Made by a program: the position numbers and the translations under genes. Source: Desulfatiglandales bacterium (lineage in GTDB: Bacteria; Desulfobacterota; DSM-4660; Desulfatiglandales; HGW-15). Taken from it: a DNA stretch of 64,000 bases. Below are positions 1-9,631 of the stretch, one piece after another (within the stretch, counting starts at the first letter, position 1; every line of letters starts with the position of its first letter). The stretch lies in NCBI GenBank assembly GCA_963667015.2, contig CAXXJJ010000001.1, positions 960,001 to 1,024,000 on the forward strand. Direction: 5' to 3'. Below the pieces are notes generated by a model. It was not told the origin of the DNA and ran no database searches. It saw only the letters and a list, made by a program, of their open reading frames with translations.

Positions 1-346
1 TCCTGCACAAATACCATTGAAACCAATAAAACCTGATGCCAAAAAAATAATGCTGATGACCCTGGCACTTGGTTTGGGACTTGGTTGCGGAATCGCTTAT
101 CTTCTCGAATTGATGGATACATCCTATAAAACACCGGATGAAGCCGGAAATGACCTTAATATACCCGTACTGGCTAGTATCCCTTTACTTGTTACTGAGT
201 ATGAATTGCGATCGAAAAAACGAAAAGAGATATTCAAAGGCATTTCAATAGCCCTGGGATTTTTTATAGCTGCGTCAGGAATAGTCATAGCCGCAAAAGG
301 TTTTGATAAAACACTGGAGTTTGTTAAAGGATTAATTGGCGGGTAA
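1..346 (+). CDS. Polysaccharide chain-length determinant (Wzc/Wzz-like), C-terminal part; 5' end lies outside the window
   Basis: P-x-K-P, TM helix, 'LLELMDTSYKTPDEAGNDLNIPVLASIP' and a second TM helix, as in co-polymerase C-termini. Confidence 0.8.
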   Translation, partial: PAQIPLKPIKPDAKKIMLMTLALGLGLGCGIAYLLELMDTSYKTPDEAGNDLNIPVLASIPLLVTEYELRSKKRKEIFKGISIALGFFIAASGIVIAAKGFDKTLEFVKGLIGG

Positions 347-396
347 CAAAAATGCATAGAGCAAAGCGCAAAGAGAAAAAGCTTGAAAAATTATTA

Positions 397-500
397 GACA
401 GGATTAACAGGATAGACATGATTTATATTTTGTTCTTCCGGAAGAAGAACAAAATGGTATCCTCTTTTAAAAAAATCATACAGATCATGTGAATCCTGTC
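397..500 (+). repeat. Family A hairpin element, copy 1
   Basis: Left arm gacaggattaacaggatagacatgat, right arm gatcatgtgaatcctgtc, inner hairpin ttttgttcttc-cggaa-gaagaacaaaa. Confidence 0.9.
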
Positions 501-571
501 AAACAGCCTTTGCTTTTTGTTTTATTTGTCTCTAACCTTGAACTCTAAACCTTAAACCCGGTTTTTAATAC

Positions 572-2278
572 ATGTACACCGAATTCTACAACCTTAAAGA
601 AAAACCCTTTACCCTCTCACCATCATCAAAATACCTTTATCTGGGTGATATCCATAAAGAAGCCCTGGCATTACTCACATATGGCGTTATTGAGCGTATG
701 GGCTTTATCCTTTTGACAGGAGAGGTCGGGACCGGTAAGACAACCATGGTCCATGCCCTGCTTAACAGCCTGGGAGATGATGTCCAACATGTCTATCTTT
801 CAAATCCCCTGTTCTCTGTTAATGATTTCATGGATTACCTGGCATTCTCAGCATTCAAAAAGAAAGTACATTTCCAGTCAAAGGCAGATTTTCTTATTCA
901 GTTTGAGGCTTTCCTCAAGGAGCAGCTGCAGAATCAGAAAAATTTTATTCTGATAATAGATGAGGCTCAGAAACTTTCTATTGAACTGCTTGAAGAGATT
1001 CGACTGCTGTCGAATATGGAAACTGCAGATGAAAAACTTATTAATATATTCCTCATCGGCCAACCGGAGCTTAACGATACCCTTAATAGCATGGAGTGCC
1101 GCCCTCTTCTCCAGAGAATAAGTGTCCGCTACCATATCAAACCGCTGGATCAGAAAGGTACAGGTGATTATATCCTTGCCCGTCTGAGAATGGCAGGTGT
1201 TGAAGACGGCACCAGAATATTTTCCCGAAACACCATAAAAGAGATTTACAAGTGTTCTGGTGGGTTTCCGCGTATGATTAACATCCTTGCGGATAATATT
1301 CTTCTTTTAGGATATTCGAGAGGTGAGAAAAAACTTACACCCGGTATGGTTAAAGAATGCTATAACGATCTGCAGCTTTCAGGTTCTCCTCTTGGAAGAC
1401 CCGAAATTGTTGAAGCGGGACAGAGGCCAAATGAATTACCAGTAGACTCCAATAAATCCGGAAGAACAAGGAGTATAATTTTTCTTATCCTTATTATTAT
1501 AGCAGCTGTTTTCGGTGGTATCTTTGGAAAGAGTATATATTTACATTTATCAGATATTTCATCTGTTGATAAGAGTACAACTCAAAGTGATAGAATAGAG
1601 GTGCAATCGCCATCTCAGCAACAAGAAAAAATTACAGAGGAAAGTTCCCCTGTTAAAATAGTAAATGATAGTCCTATTAGAAGTGCTTCATCCAATAATG
1701 AAGGAAACAAAATCAGGACAGAAAATAACAGTCTCCAAGACAATGATGGATTATCGAATGAGCTTAATGATTATGAAAGAATAGATGAAACAATAACTAC
1801 TGATATCCCATCTTCTCTGGACGATTCAATCATTGTTCCTGAACCTGAAGTGAAAACAATAACTGTAACTGAGGGAGCGACCCTGGAGGGTCTGGCAATG
1901 AAGGTATATGGCTATGCAAATGACAGTGTACTTGACCTGATAAAGGAAAATAATCCTGAAATAACAAATATAAATTTAATAGCAACCGGCCAGATAATAA
2001 AATTTCCTCCTTTGGAAGAATCATCCTCAAATCAGATTTTTACAGTTCATATTGCTTCCTTCACTCCCTTTGAAAGCGCAAGAGACCTGTTTAATGATCT
2101 TATCAGTAAGGGTTATGAGGCGTATATCATACCTGTTTATAATAAGGATAAAGAAAAGGTTTTTCGGGTCACGGTGGGCAGCTTTAATAATAAAAACAAA
2201 GCTGGTGAACTGGCGCGTGAAATAAAAGAAAAAGGCATATCAAGTTATACAAATGTGATAAAACTTGAAACGCAGTAA
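572..2278 (+). CDS. ExeA-type AAA ATPase (PEP-CTERM system-associated type) fused to TM, LysM-like and SPOR domains
   Basis: Walker A GEVGTGKT, Walker B IIDEAQ, LIGQPEL, GGFPRMIN; TM helix; LysM-like 'GATLEGLAMKVYG...NPEITNINLIATGQII'; SPOR-like C-terminus. Confidence 0.88.
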   Translation: MYTEFYNLKEKPFTLSPSSKYLYLGDIHKEALALLTYGVIERMGFILLTGEVGTGKTTMVHALLNSLGDDVQHVYLSNPLFSVNDFMDYLAFSAFKKKVHFQSKADFLIQFEAFLKEQLQNQKNFILIIDEAQKLSIELLEEIRLLSNMETADEKLINIFLIGQPELNDTLNSMECRPLLQRISVRYHIKPLDQKGTGDYILARLRMAGVEDGTRIFSRNTIKEIYKCSGGFPRMINILADNILLLGYSRGEKKLTPGMVKECYNDLQLSGSPLGRPEIVEAGQRPNELPVDSNKSGRTRSIIFLILIIIAAVFGGIFGKSIYLHLSDISSVDKSTTQSDRIEVQSPSQQQEKITEESSPVKIVNDSPIRSASSNNEGNKIRTENNSLQDNDGLSNELNDYERIDETITTDIPSSLDDSIIVPEPEVKTITVTEGATLEGLAMKVYGYANDSVLDLIKENNPEITNINLIATGQIIKFPPLEESSSNQIFTVHIASFTPFESARDLFNDLISKGYEAYIIPVYNKDKEKVFRVTVGSFNNKNKAGELAREIKEKGISSYTNVIKLETQ

Positions 2279-2312
2279 ATTTGCCACGAAGACACAAAGA
2301 AAAACATTATCA

Positions 2313-2595
2313 GACAGGATCAACAGGATAGGCAGGATTATTTTTTTTGCTTAAGGGTAATGTGAAGACCTTATCACATACAGGCAAAAAGATGGGACAT
2401 ATGAGATTTATTTTTGTTTTAAAGAAGATTTCTCTTTATCACTTTCGTCCGGAAAGTGATAAAAAACAAAATCCTGAAAATCCCTGGCCTAGACCTGATA
2501 TTGCCATAATAAAGTTTACAATATCCGGTTGGGCTGAGACATCTGAGTGGTTCTCTAATATTTAGTCACGCCAGGGCAGGCATGTTAATCCTGTC
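2313..2595 (+). repeat. Family A hairpin element, copy 2, with a nested ~100-nt insert at 2482-2580
   Basis: gacaggatcaacaggataggcaggat ... tatcactttcgtccggaaagtgata ... aatcctgaaaat[insert]catgttaatcctgtc. Confidence 0.9.
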
Positions 2596-2606
2596 TACCA
2601 AAAAAA

Positions 2607-2984
2607 ATGGAACACGATATAATAACTCACAAAATAATAGGATGCTCATATCAGGTTTTTAATCAGCTGGGTTTTGGCTTTCTGGAAAAGATTTACAAGA
2701 AAGCCCTGGTCATGGAGCTTAATAAAAATGGCCTTAAAGTTGAAGGGGAAAAACCTCTGAAGGTTTATTATGATGGTCAGGTTATAGGTGAGTTTTATAT
2801 AGATCTATACGTCGAAAATAATATTATTGTTGAGCTGAAATCAGTTAATACCATTGTGAAAGAACATGAAGTTCAACTTGTAAATTATCTGAACGCGCTG
2901 AAGAAGGATATCGGATTACTTATAAACTTTGGGCCTTCAGGGGTGGAAGTAAAACGAAAATACAGGGAGTTTAGACAGGATTAA
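2607..2984 (+). CDS. GxxExxY family protein (PD-(D/E)XK nuclease-like)
   Basis: GFGFLEKIY motif, 'IDLYVENNIIVELKS', 'QLVNYL', 'GLLINFG'. Confidence 0.92.
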   Translation: MEHDIITHKIIGCSYQVFNQLGFGFLEKIYKKALVMELNKNGLKVEGEKPLKVYYDGQVIGEFYIDLYVENNIIVELKSVNTIVKEHEVQLVNYLNALKKDIGLLINFGPSGVEVKRKYREFRQD

Positions 2985-3035
2985 CAGGATGTTCAAGATA
3001 AAAAACAAAATCCTGAAAATCATGTAAATCCTGTC
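2974..3035 (+). repeat. Family A hairpin element, copy 3 (minimal); overlaps the GxxExxY stop codon
   Basis: gacaggattaacaggatgttcaagat ... aatcctgaaaatcatgtaaatcctgtc; an orphan left arm follows at about 3059-3085. Confidence 0.9.
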
Positions 3036-3259
3036 TAAAAAGCTTTAAAAAAATGTCAGGCAGGATCAACAGGATCTACAAGATATTAATATTAAGTCCT
3101 GGTATGTAATATTTTGCAAAGATATGTGTAAAATAATCTCCAAAAAAGGAATGAAAATACATAATAAAAATATGAAAAAAGATTTAAGCTTTTATTCTAA
3201 TTTGCCGATAATATAGCTGTTTCAAATACTTGATCATTAGTTTCAGGGATAGCCAGTTA

Positions 3260-3277
3260 TTGGCATTTTTTTTGCAT
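3260..3277 (+). promoter_or_regulatory. Putative sigma-54 -24/-12 promoter
   Basis: ttGGcattttttttGCat with exact GG-N10-GC spacing, upstream of the long EPS gene run. Confidence 0.6.
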
Positions 3278-3406
3278 TCTGAAACTTAAAGTTAGACTTA
3301 GCTCTAATTTTTGTTATAGTATTTGACGGTTCATATCATTATTTTCTTAATAAAACATTAAAGTAACATTGATTAAAAAAAATTTATCATCTTTTCCAAC
3401 AGCAAA

Positions 3407-3443
3407 TGGGAAGCACCATGTAACCCAAAGGGGCGGAGCCTGC
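3407..3443 (+). promoter_or_regulatory. Possible JUMPStart/ops-like antitermination element
   Basis: tgggaagcaccatgtaacccaaaggggcggagcctgc resembles tggtagc...ggggcggtagcgtg. Confidence 0.35.
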
Positions 3444-3512
3444 TCCATCGCATAGAGCAGAGGGCTTAGCGCATAGTGAAAAAAGAAAAGCAAATCACGA
3501 AAGACAGTGTGT

Positions 3513-3665
3513 GACAGGATCAACAAGATAGATAGGATAATTTTTTTTGCTTTTCCGGAAGAAAAGCAAAAAGTATCACTCCAAAGCTATTAAATGATGT
3601 ATCTTTCTTACTTTTATCTGGAAAGTAAGAAAAAATAAAATCTTGAAAATCATGTAAATCCTGTC
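3513..3665 (+). repeat. Family A hairpin element, copy 4
   Basis: Both arms plus inner hairpins tttgcttttccggaagaaaagcaaa and ttcttacttttatctggaaagtaagaa. Confidence 0.9.
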
Positions 3666-3699
3666 TAACAGTTTTTGTTGTTACACTCTATACTCTACC

Positions 3700-4041
3700 A
3701 TGATTGAAACCTACTCCATACAGGAAGTCAGCAGAATGGCGAGTGTGTCAAAACACACACTACGTTTCTGGGAAAAATCTCTTAATGGTGTTATCGTACC
3801 TCTCCGGACTAAAGGCGGACAGAGGAGATACACAAAGCACCATATGCAGATTATTGCCGAAATCAAACAGATGAAAAAAAGCGGTTTTTCTCTCAATGAT
3901 ATTAAAAATAAAATGGAAAAGAATGACTCCAAAGAAGGAAAAGATGAGAAAACAAATAAAATTGATCTCCTGGCAAACCAGATTGCTGAAGTAGTAAAGG
4001 AATCGATATATAATTTTTTGTCCGATGACAAAGAAAGATGA
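3700..4041 (+). CDS. MerR-family HTH protein (small)
   Basis: 'YSIQEVSRMASVSKHTLRFWE...RTKGGQRRYT' MerR wHTH. Confidence 0.88.
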   Translation: MIETYSIQEVSRMASVSKHTLRFWEKSLNGVIVPLRTKGGQRRYTKHHMQIIAEIKQMKKSGFSLNDIKNKMEKNDSKEGKDEKTNKIDLLANQIAEVVKESIYNFLSDDKER

Positions 4042-4062
4042 AAATCATAGAAACCATTATTC

Positions 4063-4172
4063 GACAGGATCAACAGGATTGATATGATATAATTTTTGCT
4101 TTTCCTGAAGAAAAGCAAAAAGGTATTATCCTTTTTAAAAAAAGAAATCCTGAAAATCATGTAAATCCTGTC
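4063..4172 (+). repeat. Family A hairpin element, copy 5
   Basis: gacaggatcaacaggattgatatgat ... tttgcttttcctgaagaaaagcaaa ... atcctgaaaatcatgtaaatcctgtc. Confidence 0.9.
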
Positions 4173-4223
4173 AAAAAAGTCTTTTATGTTTTATATTTAG
4201 TCTCAAGCTTAAAAAGGTATATC

Positions 4224-5039
4224 ATGGGAAAAATATTTGACGCACTGGAAAAATCCAAAAAGGAAAAGGTTATTAAATCCGAAGTGATTCCTACTTCCCG
4301 ACCTGAGCCTATGGTATCGGCTCCACCTGTCGCACCTGTGATTGAAACGATCAAATCCAATAATGTAAATAACAAGCTTATAGTCTTAACCGCGCCTGAC
4401 TCCTTTGAGGCGGAAAGCTTTAAACTTTTAAGGGCCCAGATACTGTTTTCCAAAGACAAACCAAGACCAAGGACAATAATGGTGACGAGCGCCATGCCCG
4501 GTGACGGCAAAACCTTTGTTGCTGCCAATCTTGCTGCCAGCATAGCTATGGGTATTGATGACCATGTCCTTCTTGTCGACTGTGATCTGCGCAGATCAAG
4601 TCTCCACCATATGTTTGGTCTTTCAAACAGAAATGGCCTGCATGAATATCTTAAAAATGAGAAGGCGTTGCCTGAGCTTCTGATTAAAACCTCTATCAAC
4701 AAATTGTCATTTCTGCCGGCAGGAAGTATTCCGCACAATCCATCGGAACTTTTAGCCTCAGGCGATATGAAGTCCTTCCTGGAAGAGGTAAGGGATCGTT
4801 ATGATGATCGTTTTATATTACTTGATACTCCCCCGAGCCAGATAATGGCTGAATCAAATATAATATCCAACTTTGTCGATGGGGTTATATTTGTTATCCG
4901 GGAAAATGTTACTCCCAGTGATATGGTAAAAAAGGCTGTAGCATCCTTCAGCAAAGAAAAGATGCTCGGAATAGTGGTTAATGCCCATACCCAGCTTCAA
5001 AAGAAACACGCTTATTATTATAAAAATTATTATCAATAA
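4224..5039 (+). CDS. Polysaccharide biosynthesis protein-tyrosine kinase (CpsD/CapB, XrtA-associated type)
   Basis: TSAMPGDGKT, VDCDLRR, LLDTPP, C-terminal Tyr cluster YYYKNYY. Confidence 0.93.
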   Translation: MGKIFDALEKSKKEKVIKSEVIPTSRPEPMVSAPPVAPVIETIKSNNVNNKLIVLTAPDSFEAESFKLLRAQILFSKDKPRPRTIMVTSAMPGDGKTFVAANLAASIAMGIDDHVLLVDCDLRRSSLHHMFGLSNRNGLHEYLKNEKALPELLIKTSINKLSFLPAGSIPHNPSELLASGDMKSFLEEVRDRYDDRFILLDTPPSQIMAESNIISNFVDGVIFVIRENVTPSDMVKKAVASFSKEKMLGIVVNAHTQLQKKHAYYYKNYYQ

Positions 5040-5081
5040 ATTTGCCACCAAGGCACAAAGTCACCAAGAAAAGCATTATTA

Positions 5082-5398
5082 GACAGGATCAACAAGATAG
5101 ACATGATTAATTTTGTGCTTTTCCGGAAGAAAAGCACAAATGAGTCACTTAATAATTGAGTTATAATTTATTACTATTCACACAATAATAAGTATCCAGT
5201 AGATGTTACCTATTATTTAAATTAAAACAGATTGCTCTTTATCACTTTCATCAGGAAAGTGATAAAAAATAAAATCGTGAAAATCCCTGGCCTAGACCTG
5301 ACATTGCCATAATAAGGTTAACGTTATGCATTTGGTCTGAAATATCTAGGTGGTAATTTAATATTAAGTCACGCCAGGGCAGGCATGTAAATCCTGTC
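5082..5398 (+). repeat. Family A hairpin element, copy 6, with the nested insert at 5285-5383
   Basis: Both arms, two inner hairpins, and the same ccctggcctagac...gtcacgccagggcagg insert as copy 2. Confidence 0.9.
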
Positions 5399-5454
5399 AG
5401 ATAGTCTTTTTCTTTAAACCTTGAACATTAAACTTTGAATCTTCTTTTTCAGCC

Positions 5455-6849
5455 ATGATTAAACTATTCAACCAATACATCTCATTCCATAAACTGATAT
5501 TCATTATAGGTGAAGGCCTCTTAATCCTCCTGGCTGCTTTGCTGGCAACCTATTTTACCCTCGGAAGAGGCGTAGGTCTTGTCTTAACATTTGAAATGGT
5601 CTGGCCAAAGCTCCTGCTTGTAACAGTTATTACTCAATTGAGTCTTTACTTTAATGATCTATATGAAATTAAAGTGACTGACAGTGCACTTGATCTTACT
5701 TCTCGGCTTGTTCAGGCTATAGGCATAACATCCATCTCACTTGCATTAGTATATTTTATATGGCCTGAAATGCTCATTGGTCAATGGATCTTTTTTATCA
5801 GCCTGGTTTTCCTTTTGATGTTCATCTCATCCTGGAGGCTGTTGTATTCCATTGTCATAAGAAAGCGGCTGTTTACTGAAAAGGCCATACTGCTTGGTGC
5901 CGGCGAGTTGTCACATGATCTGCTGGAGGAACTGAAATCCAGGCGTGATATAGGATATAATATTGTTCTTGCATTGTGTGCAAAAGACAATGATAACCCT
6001 GAATTGACGGGAGATATTCCTGTAAAGAAGGGGTTTGAAAACCTGTGTGAACTTGCCGAATTGGAAGGCGTATCAAGTATTATAGTTTCTCTTGACCAGA
6101 AAAGAGGCGTAATGCCCTATAAGGAACTGCTTAACTGTAAGGTCAAGGGAATTAATATAATAGATGGTGAAAGCTTCTATGAAAAGATATCTGAAAAAAT
6201 ACTTGTAGAAAAAATCAACCCGAGCTGGCTTATTTTTTCCGAGGGCTTTAAAAAATCTAAATTTACCAGGTTAATAAAAAGATTAAGCGATTTTATACTG
6301 TCTGCCATTTTACTTATTTTACTGCTTCCTTTTCTAATAATATTTGCAGTCATTATTAAGCTTGAATCCCCCGGCCCTGCACTCTTTTCACAGGAAAGAA
6401 CAGGTGAGAACGGAAACCCCTTCATACTATACAAGTTCAGGTCCATGAGAGCGGATGCTGAAAAACTGAGCGGTCCTGTATGGGCAGATGAAGATGATCC
6501 CAGGGTGACAAAGGTAGGAAAAATATTCAGAAAGCTCAGGATTGATGAATTACCGCAGTTGTGGAATGTTTTTCGGGGGGAGATGTCATTTGTAGGCCCA
6601 AGACCTGAAAGACAGTTTTTTATAGATCGGCTTTTAAAGACTGTTCCCTATTACAATGAAAGATTCAGTGTCAAACCGGGAGTAACCGGATGGGCGCAGA
6701 TAAGATACCCCTATGGCTCAACAGAACAAGATGCTCTGGAAAAACTTAAATACGATCTTTATTACATCAAAAATATGTCCTTTGCCTTTGACCTCACAAT
6801 AATTTTTCATACTATTAAGATTATGCTGTTAGGCAGAGGTGCGAGATAG
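5455..6849 (+). CDS. Priming glycosyltransferase (polyprenyl glycosylphosphotransferase, PEP-CTERM/XrtA system type)
   Basis: N-terminal TMs; KFRSM, DDPRVT, RIDELPQLWNV, GEMSFVGPRPER, VKPGVTGWAQ, YDLYYIKN. Confidence 0.93.
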   Translation: MIKLFNQYISFHKLIFIIGEGLLILLAALLATYFTLGRGVGLVLTFEMVWPKLLLVTVITQLSLYFNDLYEIKVTDSALDLTSRLVQAIGITSISLALVYFIWPEMLIGQWIFFISLVFLLMFISSWRLLYSIVIRKRLFTEKAILLGAGELSHDLLEELKSRRDIGYNIVLALCAKDNDNPELTGDIPVKKGFENLCELAELEGVSSIIVSLDQKRGVMPYKELLNCKVKGINIIDGESFYEKISEKILVEKINPSWLIFSEGFKKSKFTRLIKRLSDFILSAILLILLLPFLIIFAVIIKLESPGPALFSQERTGENGNPFILYKFRSMRADAEKLSGPVWADEDDPRVTKVGKIFRKLRIDELPQLWNVFRGEMSFVGPRPERQFFIDRLLKTVPYYNERFSVKPGVTGWAQIRYPYGSTEQDALEKLKYDLYYIKNMSFAFDLTIIFHTIKIMLLGRGAR

Positions 6850-6873
6850 ATCTGGAAAAAACAAAAACAGTTA

Positions 6874-7089
6874 GACAGGATCAACAGGATGAACATGATT
6901 TAATTATTATGCTTTTCCGGATGAAAAGCATAATGTTATCATTTTATTAGAGACGGTATGGTTATTAAAATATATTCAATGCATAAGAATATAACAGCGA
7001 AGACCTACTCATATAAGCAGATTGCTATTTCTCAATTTCATCTGGAAATTGAGAAAATAAAAAATCCTGAAAATCATGTAAATCCTGTC
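6874..7089 (+). repeat. Family A hairpin element, copy 7
   Basis: Both arms plus ttatgcttttccggatgaaaagcataa and tttctcaatttcatctggaaattgagaaa. Confidence 0.9.
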
Positions 7090-7162
7090 AAACAGTCTTC
7101 TTCTTTAGATTTTATGTTTTGAGTTTTAACCGAAAACCATAAACCTCAAACCTTAAAAACTC

Positions 7163-9145
7163 ATGTGCGGAATAGCCGGAATAATAGATTACAAATCCAG
7201 TGAGGATTACATACCTGTCCTTGGACGAATGCTTGGCAGCATTCGTCACAGGGGACCTGACTCCTTTGGTATATACAAGGATCGTGGAACCTGGCTTGCC
7301 TCAACGCGTTTGAGCATCATCGATCTTAACACTGGAGATCAGCCAATACATAATGAAGACAAAACAGTATGGGTTGTGTTGAATGGTGAGATCTTCAACT
7401 ACCCTGAACTTCGTAAAGAACTCCAGGATAAAGGCCATCAGTTTTACACCACCACCGATACAGAGGTCCTTGTTCATCTCTATGAAGAATATGATTATGA
7501 TTTTCTCAATATGCTCAATGGTCAGTATGCCTTTGCGATATGGGATCATAAAAAAGAATCTCTTCTTTTAGGACGTGACCGAGTTGGGATACATCCTCTG
7601 TTTTATCACTACACGAACAACCGCATGGTATTTGGTTCAGAAATAAAAGCCATATTCATGGACACTGGCATAAACAGGCGTCTTAATACTCAGACCCTCT
7701 CGGACATATTTACATGCTGGACACCGGTATCCCCTGATACGGTTTTTGAGGGAGTAAAACAACTGCCTCCGGCACACTATGCGGTTTTATCAAAGCATGG
7801 CATGGATATTAAACGTTACTGGGATTTTTCATTTAATGAAGAGTTTTCCTCAAACAAAACACTAAATGAATCAATCGAGGAACTGAATGTCCTGCTTAAG
7901 GATGCCATTCGAATAAGGCTCAGAGCGGACGTCCCTGTTGGAGCCTATTTGAGCGGAGGTCTGGACAGCACATTTACTACATCCCTTGTAAAAAAGCATT
8001 TCAATAACCAGCTTAAGACATTTTCTGTAAGCTTTGCGGACAGCCGGTTTGATGAGGCCAGGTTTCAGGAACAGGCAGTTCGTGCACTTGAGACAGACCA
8101 TAAAATTGTAAAATGTCATGAAAATGATATAGGTGAGATCTATCCTGATATTATCTGGCATGCAGAAGTACCATTGCTTCGTACCGGTCCGGCTCCCCTG
8201 TTTCTGCTTTCAAAACTTGTAAGGCAGAACAACTTCAAGGTGGTGCTTACCGGAGAAGGTGCAGATGAGTTCTTTGCCGGCTACAATATATTCAAGGAAG
8301 ACCGAATCAGGAGGTTCTGGGCTAAGCAACCCGAATCCGAAATAAGGCCCCTGCTTCTAAAGAAACTCTACCCCTATATTTTCAGTGATGATGGAAAGAC
8401 AAACGCATTTCACAGGGCATTCTTTAAGAAGTATCTTACAGATACTGAAAACCATGCTTATTCACACATGCTGAGATGGAACAATACTTCATCAGTTAAA
8501 AACTTTTTTTCTGACGATTTCAGGAGTCAGACAGAGAATCTGGAAAGCTTTGTAAACAGGTTCACAAACAGTCTGCCCTCAGATTTTCAATCATGGGCGC
8601 CTTTATCCCGTGCCCAGTACATAGAAGCATCCTTGTTTCTTTCGAACTACCTGCTCTCAAGCCAGGGAGATAGAATGGCAATGGGTAACTCGGTGGAAGG
8701 AAGATTCCCGTTCCTGGATCATCGTGTTATCGAATTCGCTTCGAGAATACCACCGCGGTTTCGTTTGAACGGGTTGACAGAAAAATTTATATTAAAGAAG
8801 GCTGCCAGTAATATCATTCCTGACGAATTGAGAGACCGCCCCAAACAGCCATACAGGGCGCCGATAGTATCCTGTTTTATGGGGCAGAATTCACCGGAAT
8901 ACGTGAAAGAGATGTTGTCTGAGAGAATGATTGTTGAGAAAGGATATTTTGATCCTAAACGTGTATCAGTTCTTTTCAATAAGTGCGAAAGAGGGCAGGG
9001 GCAAATATTAAGTGAAAGGGAAAATATGGCGCTCGTGGGCATTCTTTCAACACAATTGCTTGATCATATGTTCCTGCAGGAATTTCCGTCAAGGCAGATA
9101 GATGTACCGGATAATATAAGAATTTTAAAACAACCGAAAATCTAG
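7163..9145 (+). CDS. asnB: Asparagine synthase-like glutamine amidotransferase
   Basis: MCGIAG Ntn start, HRGPD, NGEIFN, LSGGLDS, LTGEGADE, RFPFLD. Confidence 0.92.
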   Translation: MCGIAGIIDYKSSEDYIPVLGRMLGSIRHRGPDSFGIYKDRGTWLASTRLSIIDLNTGDQPIHNEDKTVWVVLNGEIFNYPELRKELQDKGHQFYTTTDTEVLVHLYEEYDYDFLNMLNGQYAFAIWDHKKESLLLGRDRVGIHPLFYHYTNNRMVFGSEIKAIFMDTGINRRLNTQTLSDIFTCWTPVSPDTVFEGVKQLPPAHYAVLSKHGMDIKRYWDFSFNEEFSSNKTLNESIEELNVLLKDAIRIRLRADVPVGAYLSGGLDSTFTTSLVKKHFNNQLKTFSVSFADSRFDEARFQEQAVRALETDHKIVKCHENDIGEIYPDIIWHAEVPLLRTGPAPLFLLSKLVRQNNFKVVLTGEGADEFFAGYNIFKEDRIRRFWAKQPESEIRPLLLKKLYPYIFSDDGKTNAFHRAFFKKYLTDTENHAYSHMLRWNNTSSVKNFFSDDFRSQTENLESFVNRFTNSLPSDFQSWAPLSRAQYIEASLFLSNYLLSSQGDRMAMGNSVEGRFPFLDHRVIEFASRIPPRFRLNGLTEKFILKKAASNIIPDELRDRPKQPYRAPIVSCFMGQNSPEYVKEMLSERMIVEKGYFDPKRVSVLFNKCERGQGQILSERENMALVGILSTQLLDHMFLQEFPSRQIDVPDNIRILKQPKI

Positions 9146-9227
9146 AGGTCGGTGGTCCGAAATCAGATGTAAGTATAAAAAATCTGAACCGCTAAGAAAC
9201 AAAGGACGCAAAGAGAAAAGCCATTCA

Positions 9228-9441
9228 GGACACGGATGAGCACAGATTACACGGATTAAAAAAAACATAGTTAGAGACGGATATTTTTATTTCAAAGATT
9301 CAAAATATTAAATCTTGTTGATATATCTACAAGATCTGGCAGTAGATCAATTTATAAAAATAAGCTGGCTTGTTTTTATAATTATCTTCCGCCTAGCCTT
9401 TGAAAGAAAAAAATCCGTGTTAATCCTTTAAATCCGTGTCC
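9228..9441 (+). repeat. Family C hairpin element (ggacacggat...atccgtgtcc) containing the three-stem motif
   Basis: Left arm ggacacggatgagcacagattacacggatt, right arm aatccgtgttaatcctttaaatccgtgtcc. Confidence 0.85.
9290..9405 (+). ncRNA. Candidate structured RNA motif, copy 1 of 4
   Basis: Closing stem tttcaaag/ctttgaaa; hairpin tcttgt...acaaga; long hairpin ggcag...tataaaaataag-ctgg-cttgtttttata...cgcc. Confidence 0.55.
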
Positions 9442-9460
9442 CAATATAAGAAGCATAATC

Positions 9461-9631
9461 ATGGAACGTATCTGCAACAAAGCAAAGAATTATAAAGAAG
9501 CCGAGGAATGGGATATAAAGCAGCAGCTGAGTATGACTCCCGAGGAGCGACAGGATGCTGCAAAGGAGCTTCGTGAAAGAGTGTATGGTCGGGAGAACAT
9601 TGATATAAAAGACTCAATCAGAAAAATATGA
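9461..9631 (+). CDS. Small 56-aa protein absent from the ORF track; putative partner of the downstream nucleotidyltransferase
   Basis: MERICNKAKNYKEAEEWDIKQQLSMTPEERQDAAKELRERVYG...; its TGA overlaps the next ATG (ATGA). Confidence 0.75.
   Translation: MERICNKAKNYKEAEEWDIKQQLSMTPEERQDAAKELRERVYGRENIDIKDSIRKI

Noticed and set aside
2347..2565. Short ORFs such as 2347-2565, 12309-12506, 12534-12821, 44779-44964, 54627-54821 and 58483-58692
   Set aside because: They are translations of the repeat elements, with no RBS or protein-family signal.
3100..3118. Sigma-54-like tggtatgtaatattttgc
   Set aside because: GG-to-GC spacing is 13 nt rather than 10.
4100..4125. Hammerhead ribozyme (CUGAAGA / GACGAAA-like cores in family A hairpins)
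   Set aside because: The core sits in a simple hairpin loop and is usually CGGA; the three-stem hammerhead topology is not present.
4184..4738. Antisense ORFs overlapping real genes (also 3711-4160, 26883-27344, 36177-36626 and others)
   Set aside because: They are shadow frames of well-supported genes on the opposite strand.
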